A program made the position numbers and the translations under genes. Source: Acidobacteriota bacterium (GTDB lineage Bacteria > Acidobacteriota > UBA890 > WLXD01). From it: a stretch of DNA of 64,000 nt. The stretch is from contig CAXWPH010000015.1 in the NCBI GenBank assembly GCA_963666055.2, positions 32,001 through 96,000 of the forward strand. The letters are read 5' to 3'. Positions within the stretch are counted from its first letter, which is position 1, and each line of letters begins with the position of its first letter. Below the pieces are notes generated by a model, which saw only the letters and a list, made by a program, of their open reading frames with translations, had not been told where the DNA came from and searched no databases. Shown here piece by piece: positions 49,293-57,984 of the stretch.

Positions 49293-49479
49293 GATAAGAC
49301 GTGGTACTAACCGTGGGGTCAGGTCACCCTCGAGCAATCCCGAACAGCGTCCACGCCAAGATCTGATTGTCATCGATGTCACCCGTGTGGTCGTCGAAGT
49401 GACACCTGTGGCTAAGTTTCCACGGGGCGCGAGCTCGACTGGCGATGTCGATGTGACCTTGCCCCGCTTTCCCGGACAC

Positions 49480-50475
49480 TTAGTTAAGATCCATTGTCGT
49501 AGTCGTATTAGCGGCTGTGGGAGCTGTTGGCAACGCGGAGCGTTGTCCAAGCGACGGTGGAAATCGGGAGTCGATTTCCACGGGCGCGTCAGCTTCCACA
49601 GCTGATTGGCCGCTCTGGCCTGGCCGCCGCATTGCCGCCTCCAACTGAGCCGGACTCTGGTCTCCGATCGAGGTGTGCATGCGAGCCCGGTTGTAGAACA
49701 CTTCGATGTAGTGGAACAACTCGGCTCGGGCCGCCGCCCGGGAACTGAAGCAGCCACCGAGTTCGAACTTCAGGGTAGAGAAGAAACTCTCCATCGGCGC
49801 GTTATCCCAGCAGTCTCCTTTCCTGCTCATGCTGATGGTGAAGCCACGGTCACGCAGCTTGTCTAGGTAATCGTCGCTGCTGTACTGGCTGCCGCGGTCG
49901 CTGTGATGGAGCACTCCGGAACCGGGACGGCGTTGCTCCAAGGACTGATCCAGGACCGCCAGCGTCAAATCGTCCGTCATCGTCTCGCTCACCGCCCAGC
50001 CGATGATCCGTCGCGAGCACAGATCCATCAGCACGGCCAGGTATAGCCATCCTTCCTGCGTCCACAGGTATGTCAGGTCGCCCACCCAGACGCTGTCCAC
50101 GGCATCCACCGTGAAGCGCCGTGCCAGCACGTTGGGCGCCGCTGACCGCCCAGGTGTGGGCCGTGTTGTCACCCGGAACCGACGGGGTTGGCGAGCTCGA
50201 AGTCCTTCCTGGCGCATCAGCCGAGCTACCCGCTTGCGAGAGCAGCGGATCCCTCGTTGCCGAAGTTGCTTGTGGATGCGCGGACTTCCGTAACGGTCGC
50301 GGCTCTCTCGGAATGCAGCTCTGATCTGCACACGTAGACGGCGATCTTCTCGCGCTCTCGGGCTCGGCCCCCTTCCTCGCCACTCGTAGTAACCGCCGTG
50401 AGACACCTCGAGCATCTTGCACAACCGCCGCACCGGGAACTTGCCGGACAGTTGCTTGATGATCGGGTACTTCAT
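49480..50475 (-). CDS. IS3 family transposase orfB (DDE)
   Basis: YGSPRI, WVGDLTY, HHSDRGSQY, CWDNAPMESFF. Confidence 0.92.
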   Translation of the reverse strand: MKYPIIKQLSGKFPVRRLCKMLEVSHGGYYEWRGRGPSPRAREDRRLRVQIRAAFRESRDRYGSPRIHKQLRQRGIRCSRKRVARLMRQEGLRARQPRRFRVTTRPTPGRSAAPNVLARRFTVDAVDSVWVGDLTYLWTQEGWLYLAVLMDLCSRRIIGWAVSETMTDDLTLAVLDQSLEQRRPGSGVLHHSDRGSQYSSDDYLDKLRDRGFTISMSRKGDCWDNAPMESFFSTLKFELGGCFSSRAAARAELFHYIEVFYNRARMHTSIGDQSPAQLEAAMRRPGQSGQSAVEADAPVEIDSRFPPSLGQRSALPTAPTAANTTTTMDLN

Positions 50476-50764
50476 CGCGGGCGTTCCGAGAAGATCGCCA
50501 ACGCTTTTTTAGAATGTCGCGCTCCTGCCGTACTCGCCGCAGGTCCCGCCGTAGCTGTTGCCCGTCCAGGTCCTGGTCGGGCATCTTCCCCGCGCCCGGA
50601 AACGCCGTGACCCCCTGCTCCTGGAGCTGTTTGCGCCACTTGGTCAACATGCCGCGGCCAACACCCAGATCCCGGGCCACCTCAGACACCGGATGGCCCA
50701 GCTGCGTCACCATCCTCACTGCCTCAATCTTGAACTCGCGACTGTACCGCCGTCGTGACCCCAT
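50472..50764 (-). CDS. IS3 family transposase orfA (A-run appears one base short)
   Basis: RRRYSREFKIEAV HTH...RDILKK; the usual ending ALAIFSERPR* is out of frame by one base. Confidence 0.75.
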
Positions 50765-50913
50765 GCTTCACCTCCGAGCCCATTATCGGGCTTCCAAAGG
50801 TGTCCGGGAAATCGGGGAGGCCCACCTTAGGGGCCGGTGGGCTTGAGCTCGGGGGTTATGATGGATGGCTCTTTCGCGACGACGACGCAGGTCCGTGAAC
50901 TTCAGGAGAGCCC

Positions 50914-52167
50914 ATGCTTGAAGAGAGTCACCACTACTTCAACAAGGCGGCCGATTTGCTCGGCCTCTCCGAAAGGGTCCGCAAGATCCTGATTACTCCA
51001 CGCCGGGTGGTCAAGGTAGAGATCGTAATCGAAAGTGACGGCGGCCAACTACTCCACTTCCTCGGGTTTCGGGTGCAACACAGCAACACTCGCGGGCCCT
51101 ATAAGGGGGGCTTGCGGTACCACCCCGCGCTGGACGAGAACCATGCGGCGGCTCTGGCCAATCTGATGACCTGGAAGACCGCCATCGCCAATGTGCCATT
51201 CGGGGGTGCTAAGGGGGGTATCGACTGCGACCCGGCGCAGCTTTCGAAGTCCGAACTTGATCGCGTCACTCGTGCCTTCGTGGGTCAGATCAAGGAGGTA
51301 ATTGGCCCGAACTTGGATGTCCCCGCGCCTGACGTCAACACAAATGCTGAAGTGATGGCGTGGATCATGGACGAGTATTCGAAATACGAGGGTTTCTCAC
51401 CTGGGGTGGTCACGGGGAAGCCGGTTCATCTGTTCGGATCGGCAGGCCGGGAGGAAGCTACCGGACGTGGCTTGTTGTACGTCCTGGAGGAGGCACTCGG
51501 CGATCACGACCTGCCACTAGCAGGTCGAACCATCGCGCTACAGGGATTTGGAAACGTGGGCAGTAACGCAGCCCGGCTCATTGCCGAAAAAGGGGGGAGG
51601 ATCGTGGCAGTAGCCGACCATGCCGGAGCCGTCCACAATCTCGATGGGCTCGACGTGTCGGCTCTGGCGGATTGGGTCAAGGAGCATGGGACCGTTCACG
51701 GCTTTCCGCGTGGCGATGCCTTCGACGGCACCGAGATCATCACCTGGCCGGCGGAGATCCTGATCCCTGCGGCTCTCGAGAACATGATCACAGCGGACAA
51801 CGCCAAGGACGTTCAGGCCAGGATCGTGATCGAAGGAGCCAATGGCCCCACTACTCCCCAGGCCCACGAGATTCTTTTGGAACGTGGCGTCACGGTAGTG
51901 CCGGACATCCTCGCCAACTGCGGTGGCGTTACCGTCAGTTACTTCGAATGGGCTCAGAACGTCCAGCGATTCAGCTGGGAATACGACCGAGTGGTTAAGG
52001 AACTTGAGAAGGTCATGCGGCGAGCCTACCGGGCGGTCAGGAGTCTTGCACAGAAAAAGAATGTCGACCTGCGAACGGCTGCTTTTGCATTGGCGATTCA
52101 ACGAGTGGGCAGGGCGGCTGCCTCTCGCACGACAATGCGAGAAGAGATCGGCTTCCAAGATTCTTGA
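50914..52167 (+). CDS. gdhA: Glu/Leu/Phe/Val dehydrogenase, probably glutamate dehydrogenase
   Basis: GPYKGGLRYHP, GGAKGG, VPAPDV, QGFGNVG, EGANGP, VSYFEW. Confidence 0.9.
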   Translation: MLEESHHYFNKAADLLGLSERVRKILITPRRVVKVEIVIESDGGQLLHFLGFRVQHSNTRGPYKGGLRYHPALDENHAAALANLMTWKTAIANVPFGGAKGGIDCDPAQLSKSELDRVTRAFVGQIKEVIGPNLDVPAPDVNTNAEVMAWIMDEYSKYEGFSPGVVTGKPVHLFGSAGREEATGRGLLYVLEEALGDHDLPLAGRTIALQGFGNVGSNAARLIAEKGGRIVAVADHAGAVHNLDGLDVSALADWVKEHGTVHGFPRGDAFDGTEIITWPAEILIPAALENMITADNAKDVQARIVIEGANGPTTPQAHEILLERGVTVVPDILANCGGVTVSYFEWAQNVQRFSWEYDRVVKELEKVMRRAYRAVRSLAQKKNVDLRTAAFALAIQRVGRAAASRTTMREEIGFQDS

Positions 52168-52237
52168 CGCCATGACGGGCGACGACCGCGACCTGCGTGC
52201 ACGAGGACCCGGCCACGGAGGACGAGAGGGTGGAGCG

Positions 52238-52849
52238 GTGAGTGGTTGGATTATCTGGTTCGAACGAGTTGTGATTTTCGCCGTCTCCGCATCTGTGATC
52301 GAGTTCACGGTGAGCACGATGCCAGTCGGAGAATCGGCACCGCTATTACGCATGACGGCTGCTGTGTTGCGGGTTTGGTTCGTGATCGAGTACGCGCTGC
52401 GCATCGTGATGAGCAGTAGGAAGTGGCGCTACGTAGTGAGCGTAGCTGGCGTGGCAGATCTTCTTGCCGTGGTGCTCGACGCAGGGGTGCTGAAGCTGCT
52501 GCGCCTGCTGAAGCTCACGTCGAGGGCAACAGCGCTCAACCGATTGAAACGAGGTGTCTTCGCAGTGCGCCACGAACTCGCTGCCGCCGCGGGGGGTACT
52601 GGCATGCTGCTCTACGTCTCAGCTGTCGCTCTGTACTACGCCGAACGCGACGTGCAACCAGACACCTTCGGCTCCATTCCGGCCGCGCTGTGGTGGTCCG
52701 TTATCACTTTGACGACGGTCGGATACGGAGACGTGACCCCAGTAACACCGGCAGGACGGGTGCTCACGGGAATCGTCGTCCTGCTCGGGATTGGCGTTGT
52801 CGCCGTTCCTACCGGTCTGATCGCGTCGGGACTGTCGAGAGACGCGTAG
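52238..52849 (+). CDS. Potassium channel (compact Kv-like)
   Basis: TLTTVGYGD selectivity filter, S4-like LKLLRLLK; alternative start 52172. Confidence 0.88.
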   Translation: MSGWIIWFERVVIFAVSASVIEFTVSTMPVGESAPLLRMTAAVLRVWFVIEYALRIVMSSRKWRYVVSVAGVADLLAVVLDAGVLKLLRLLKLTSRATALNRLKRGVFAVRHELAAAAGGTGMLLYVSAVALYYAERDVQPDTFGSIPAALWWSVITLTTVGYGDVTPVTPAGRVLTGIVVLLGIGVVAVPTGLIASGLSRDA

Positions 52850-53307
52850 CCGGCTAGTGGAGGGCGGGGAGGTGCAGTGATGCTGGGCCAACGCCGCTTA
52901 GTCGCCAGTCTCACTAACTGTAGTAGATTGAGTCGCCTTCCTCAGTGTGCGCGACTGGCGGCACGGTTCCCCGCGTCGTGTTTGCGCCGGTTTGAATCCC
53001 ATTTCCCCGTTCAACACCCGGCGCGGAACCCCGAGCGCACCGTCGCTCCTAGGCACAGTACGCTCAGCATTATCTGCAATGATGGATGGTCGCCCACGAT
53101 AAGCACCTCCACCGATCTCAATATCCCGGTGGCTCTACGCTGCCGCGAGTTCAACATGGTCGTCTCCAAAACGTCTCCAAAACCCGGGTGCACTCCAGTA
53201 GATTCCAGTCGACTGGAGTCGACTCCCTGAGTCGCCGTAAACGGATACCTGTCAACGAGAAACGGCGAAAGCCGCGCGCCATCAACCACTTAGAGGAATC
53301 CGTTACA

Positions 53308-53330
53308 GCGGGTTCAATTCCCGCCGCCTC
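53308..53330 (+). repeat. attR core (displaced ssrA 3' fragment)
   Basis: Exact 23-bp copy of 45362-45384. Confidence 0.9.
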
Positions 53331-53337
53331 TTTCGGG

Positions 53338-53820
53338 TCATTCCATGCGTAGCGAGAGCGCCAGCAGGACGGCCGCGACGAACGGAGCGATCGTGCGTAC
53401 GTGGTTCATCCTCACCCACTCCTGCAGATATGTCGCCCAGTAGGCGACTCCCTCCGCAGAGTTCGGATCCATAGCCTCCAGGATGTCGTTACGGGGAACG
53501 TGGTAGCCGACCGTGACCAACAGCACGCCGACGATGTACAGGGCGCCGGCGATCAACTGGTATCTGGACCCAGGGTGCTGAAGGTGCATCGCCGCGTAGA
53601 TCATGAGAACGAGACAGGCGGTGCCCGTGCCGAACAGCAGCAGCATGAAGGGCAGCGTCGGCGCTTCCTTGTTGATCGCCTGCATGGCAGCAGCCCCTTG
53701 CTCCGGGGCGAGGCGCTTGAGCCCCGCCATGGTGAACGTCGAGAAGGTAAAGAACGCCCCGGCCGCGGTGGCCGCGCCAACGGCGCAGATGATCGTCATG
53801 GTTTGAGCGAAGGAGCTCAT
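53338..53820 (-). CDS. DUF1772 / anthrone oxygenase family membrane protein
   Basis: AGAFFTFSTFTMAGL, AMQAIN, HVPRN, WVRMNHVRT. Confidence 0.88.
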   Translation of the reverse strand: MSSFAQTMTIICAVGAATAAGAFFTFSTFTMAGLKRLAPEQGAAAMQAINKEAPTLPFMLLLFGTGTACLVLMIYAAMHLQHPGSRYQLIAGALYIVGVLLVTVGYHVPRNDILEAMDPNSAEGVAYWATYLQEWVRMNHVRTIAPFVAAVLLALSLRME

Positions 53821-54158
53821 GATGCCTCCCCCTGCAGATTCCAGACGCCGGGTGCAGCCGTGGCGCGGGCATAGTCGGCGAAGCTGCCCACCCTGTCGGC
53901 GGCGCCGGGGAAGGCGAGGTCGGGGTAGTAGGTGATGTATACGGCGTCCACGCCATCCAGGGCGGGAGCCCAGGTGTGGTCGTCGTTCCAGTCGAAGCGC
54001 GTCTCACCGGAGCGAGATGCGGCCCGCACCGGACATCCGCCCGCAGTCAGCAGGTCGGTCACCCGCCGCCCGGTCTTACCGCTGGCGCCAAGAACGAGGG
54101 TCGTTCGTGTGGTCTCGAGCATCTGTGCACTCCGTTTGGTTTGAGTGATACCGGCCAT
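53817..54158 (-). pseudogene. NmrA-like NAD(P)H-binding protein with probable large in-frame internal deletion
   Basis: GASGKTGRRV and FDWND N-terminus joined directly to the C-terminal-like FADYARATAAPGVW; only 113 aa. Confidence 0.75.
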
Positions 54159-54241
54159 AGGAGCAGTGTGTGTGTGCGGCCAACCAGACGGTCCATGGCT
54201 CAGATGCTCAACTTCATGTGTGGTCGTCTATGCTGATGGGA

Positions 54242-55180
54242 ATGGATCCTTTCGTCGGCTTGCTCGATGGTCCGCGTGCCCGCGGCGCCTTCGCGCTGCG
54301 CACCGTGATGACCCCACCGTGGTCGCTGCGGATCCTCGCCGAATCACCGCTCACGGTGCTCGCCATGGTGCAGGGCGAGGCGTGGGTGGTGCCCGACGAC
54401 GGCGAAGCGGTGCGCCTCGCTGTGGGCGACGTGGCGGTCACCCGCGGTCCCGACCATTACAACGTCGCCGACCGCCCGGACCGATCGCCCGACATCGTGA
54501 TCCACCCCGGCCAGCAGTGCCGGTCGCTGGACGGCGAGTCCATGCAAGAGGAGATGTCGCTCGGCGTGCGCACCTGGGGCAACGACCCTGCCGGCTCCAC
54601 CGTGATGCTCGTCGGTGCCTACGAGGCTATCGGCGACATCAGCGATCGCCTGCTCCGTGCGCTGCCACCGGTCTTGTCAGTGCTACACGATCAGTGGGAC
54701 TCGCCACTGGTGTCGTTGCTCTGCGAGGAAGTCGTGAAGGACGAACCCGGCCAGGCGGCAGTTCTCGACCGACTGATCGATCTGTTGCTCATCCAGGTTC
54801 TGCGCACTTGGTTCGCCCGACCCGAGGCCGACGCCCCGGAGTGGTACCGGTCGCAGGGTGATCCGGTTGTCGGGCGGGCGCTGCGCGTCATGCACATCGA
54901 TCCCGCCCGTCAATGGACGGTGGCCGGCCTCGCTGCCGAAACCGGGGTTTCGCGCGCCGCGCTGGCTCGACGATTTCACCAAGTGGTGGGCGAGCCGCCG
55001 ATGACGTTCCTTACCGGATGGCGCCTGGCCCTGGCCGCCGATCTGCTGTGCGAACCGGATGCAACGGTCGGCTCCGTGGCTGAGCAGGTGGGCTACAGCA
55101 GTCCGTTCGCCCTCAGCACGGCCTTCAAACGAGTGCGCGGCCTCAGTCCGCAAGAGCATCGCGTCCGCGCCATGTCCTGA
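54242..55180 (+). CDS. AraC family regulator with cupin sensor domain
   Basis: WTVAGLA, SRAALARRF, VGYSSPFALSTAFKR. Confidence 0.92.
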   Translation: MDPFVGLLDGPRARGAFALRTVMTPPWSLRILAESPLTVLAMVQGEAWVVPDDGEAVRLAVGDVAVTRGPDHYNVADRPDRSPDIVIHPGQQCRSLDGESMQEEMSLGVRTWGNDPAGSTVMLVGAYEAIGDISDRLLRALPPVLSVLHDQWDSPLVSLLCEEVVKDEPGQAAVLDRLIDLLLIQVLRTWFARPEADAPEWYRSQGDPVVGRALRVMHIDPARQWTVAGLAAETGVSRAALARRFHQVVGEPPMTFLTGWRLALAADLLCEPDATVGSVAEQVGYSSPFALSTAFKRVRGLSPQEHRVRAMS

Positions 55181-55372
55181 AACTCGCGACTCGCCGACTT
55201 CGGCCTACCTCCGGGTCCAGGCGCGAGCCTGCCCTTGCCGTGCATAGGGTCGATATGCGAGGGTCCGGCCTCGATGGGCTGAGACCCGCAGAGTTGCGCG
55301 CCGGTGGATGGCCGCCGCGACGACCGGGGAAGCCCACCCTGGGCGAATCTGCTTGACAGGAGGCAAGAGAGG

Positions 55373-56050
55373 ATGAGCGGCAAGCGAAGTGCAACGTTCG
55401 CGGTGTTCGGCCTGGTGATGCTGGCGATGGCGGTCCAGGTCACGGCGCAGCAAGACCAGGAGACGGAACCGATGGGCTTCTTCATTACCAGCGTCGGTCC
55501 GGGGAGCGGCGGCGATCTCGGAGGCCTGGTGGGAGCGGATGCTCACTGTCAATCGCTCGCCGAGGCGGTGGGTGCCGGCGGCCGCACCTGGAGGGCGTAC
55601 CTGAGTACCCAGGCAGCAGGCGGCCATCAGGCCATCAACGCTCGGGACCGGATCGGCGAAGGTCCCTGGGCCAACTCCGTGGGGCTCGGGATCGCCTCCG
55701 ATGTAGACGAGCTGCACTACAACAATGCCAACATCCGCTACGAGCACGCGCTCAACGAGCGGGGGCAGCGCGTGAACTCCGGAGCTTCGGGCGACTCGCC
55801 GAGCATGCACGACATCCTGACAGGGTCGAGGCTCGACGGCACCGCCTTCCCGCCGGGTGAGGACCGGACCTGCGGCAACTGGACAAGCAGCAGCGAGGGC
55901 AGCGCGATGCTGGGGCACCACGACCGGTTCAGGTTCACCACGCCGGGCAGCCCGTGGAACATGGCGCATCCGTCGCAGGGCTGCAGCCAAGAGGATCTCG
56001 TGGGGACAGGAGGAAACGGGCTCTTCTACTGCTTTGCCGCGGAGCGATAG
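55373..56050 (+). CDS. Secreted lectin/endostatin-like protein
   Basis: FFITS, GGLVGADAHC, WRAYLS, HDILTG, CGNWTS, FYCFA. Confidence 0.8.
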   Translation: MSGKRSATFAVFGLVMLAMAVQVTAQQDQETEPMGFFITSVGPGSGGDLGGLVGADAHCQSLAEAVGAGGRTWRAYLSTQAAGGHQAINARDRIGEGPWANSVGLGIASDVDELHYNNANIRYEHALNERGQRVNSGASGDSPSMHDILTGSRLDGTAFPPGEDRTCGNWTSSSEGSAMLGHHDRFRFTTPGSPWNMAHPSQGCSQEDLVGTGGNGLFYCFAAER

Positions 56051-56186
56051 ACGAGGCCCGAGGTATCGTCGGGACTGAAGTGCACCACTAGAAGATGTCT
56101 CGCAAGAGCACGATGAAATCGGCCCACATGCCGCAGGATAGGAGGTTCTGGGCCGCATGATTGCCCCACTCGGGAGGTTTCGACCG

Positions 56187-57011
56187 ATGAGAGAACGTGT
56201 GCTCGCCGTGATCCTGGTGCTCGCCATCGCGGCGCCGATGATGGCGCAGGATATGGACGCACCCCGACCGATCGACGCGCTCGACACCGTGTGGATCGAA
56301 GAAATGACGTGGATGGAAGTGCGGGACGCGCTCGCCGACGGCAAGACAACGGTCATCGTGGCTGCCGGAAGCCTCGAACAGAACGGTCCTTACATCCCGA
56401 CCGCCAAGCACGCCTACGTCCTGCGCGCAACGACGGAAGCCATCGCACGCAAGCTGGGCAACGCGCTGATCGCCCCGATCGTGCGCTATGAACCCGGCGA
56501 TCCGGAAAACCCGCGCTATCCGGGTACCATCCCGGTGCGCCTGGAGACCTACAAGGCGATCCTGGCCGACGTGTCCTCGAGCCTGAGGCAGCACGGCTTC
56601 CGCAACATCGTCTTGATCGGAGACAGCGGCGGCAACCAGCGCGGCCTCGAGGAAGTCGCCGAAGAATTGACCACCGCATGGGACGGCGGCGACACCGCCA
56701 TCTATTTCGTACGCGAGTACTACGACAGTTGGTATGCCTCGGATGCAGCGGTCGAGCAGGTCGCCGGCAAGGCGGAGGTGCGGGAAGGTATCCACGACGA
56801 CTACAGCGTTACTTCGATCATCATGACCGTCGACCCTCAGGCGGTGCGCTACGACCAGCGCGTCGCCGCCAACAGAGCCTCCATCAACGGGATCAGCATC
56901 ATGCCGAAAGAGCGGACGATCGCGAACGGACGAAAGCTGGTCGACATTCGCGCCAACGCGACTGTCGAGGCGATTCTGCGAACGGTCGGCGAGACCAGCA
57001 TCAACCAGTAA
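56187..57011 (+). CDS. Secreted creatininase family protein
   Basis: EEMTWMEVRD, GSLEQNGPY, GDSGGN, GIHDD. Confidence 0.88.
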   Translation: MRERVLAVILVLAIAAPMMAQDMDAPRPIDALDTVWIEEMTWMEVRDALADGKTTVIVAAGSLEQNGPYIPTAKHAYVLRATTEAIARKLGNALIAPIVRYEPGDPENPRYPGTIPVRLETYKAILADVSSSLRQHGFRNIVLIGDSGGNQRGLEEVAEELTTAWDGGDTAIYFVREYYDSWYASDAAVEQVAGKAEVREGIHDDYSVTSIIMTVDPQAVRYDQRVAANRASINGISIMPKERTIANGRKLVDIRANATVEAILRTVGETSINQ

Positions 57012-57164
57012 CGGCGCCGATCGAGCTCACTACGGTCGATCGCATCGGGCCACGTTCTTACCGACCCAGTCGCGGCAGCACCGTAGCGCGACCCGACTAT
57101 TTACGGCACGGATCAGATACGATCAGCTTGCGGGGGTACTGGAACACGGGGTGAACGAGGGGCA

Positions 57165-57980
57165 ATGAGAGGTTTCGGTCCGATCGCGCTGGCTGCGGGC
57201 TTGTGCCTCGCCCTCGCCGCGCCCGCCCGGGCTCAGGAAGAGCAGCTCGGGCTGTTCGACAAAGTAAGCGTCGCCCTCGAGGCTTCCTACCTGCTGAATC
57301 TCAAGACGGTTGTCCGCCTGGATTCCGAGCAGCTCGGCGTCGGCACGACGATCAACTTCGAAGGCGACTTGGGCCTCGACACGTCGAAGACCATACCCAG
57401 CCTCAGCGCCGAGTGGCGAATCGCCAAGCGACACCTGCTCGGCGCAAGCTGGTTCAAAGTCGATCGCAGCTCGGCGAGCCAAGCGTTGACCGGGATTCAA
57501 TTCGGTGACATCGAGATCCCTATCAACCAGGCTGTCACCTTGGCAACAGGACAGGAGGAGCTCCGCCTTTGGTATCGCTACTATCCGATCGTCACCAACC
57601 ACACGGCGTTCGGCATCGGCATCGGGGTGCGGCGCGTAAATTACGTTTTCTCCATCGAGGCGCCGGTGCTCGGGCTGCGCGAAGAGGCAACCGTTGATGC
57701 GCCGCTGCCGTTCGTTGGCGTGGAGTTGCGGCAAATGTTGTCTCGGAAGTGGCGCTTCACGGCGGATTTCGGCTGGTTTGCCGTGAAGTTCCGAACTGTG
57801 GACGGGTCGCAGTTCATTCGCGGCGCCGGGCTGGAACACCTGAGCTTCAAGAACGCGAGCATCGGTATCCGCGTTCAGAGCTCGAGCATCGACGCCAGCG
57901 TCAACGACCAACCGCTCTTTGCCGGCACCGCAGACGTGGACGGCACTCGCGCCAGCATCTTCGTCAAAGCGCGCTGGTAA
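57165..57980 (+). CDS. Outer-membrane beta-barrel protein
   Basis: Signal peptide, alternating amphipathic strands, C-terminal aromatic residue (KARW). Confidence 0.75.
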   Translation: MRGFGPIALAAGLCLALAAPARAQEEQLGLFDKVSVALEASYLLNLKTVVRLDSEQLGVGTTINFEGDLGLDTSKTIPSLSAEWRIAKRHLLGASWFKVDRSSASQALTGIQFGDIEIPINQAVTLATGQEELRLWYRYYPIVTNHTAFGIGIGVRRVNYVFSIEAPVLGLREEATVDAPLPFVGVELRQMLSRKWRFTADFGWFAVKFRTVDGSQFIRGAGLEHLSFKNASIGIRVQSSSIDASVNDQPLFAGTADVDGTRASIFVKARW

Positions 57981-57984
57981 CCGC

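Larger units (their letters stand above)
48067..49326 (+). mobile_element. IS3 family insertion sequence (IS407-like), orfA interrupted
   Basis: Inverted repeats TGACCTGACCCC...GGGGTCAGGTCA; orfA/orfB with GGGAAAC slippery site at 48399-48405. Confidence 0.92.
49454..50824 (-). mobile_element. Second IS3 family insertion sequence
   Basis: Imperfect inverted repeats TGACCTTGCCCCGCTTTCCCGGACAC / GTGTCCGGGAAATCGGGGAGGCCCA. Confidence 0.9.
45385..53330. mobile_element. Genomic island integrated in the ssrA 3' end
   Basis: 23-bp direct repeats, integrase next to attL, excisionase-like gene, shared arm-like repeats at both ends. Confidence 0.9.

Noticed and set aside
48067-52849. Composite transposon carrying gdh and the K+ channel
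   Set aside because: The two IS elements are different and both lie on the same side of the cargo
53300-53335. tRNA gene
   Set aside because: Only a T-arm and partial acceptor strand are present; it is the duplicated ssrA fragment
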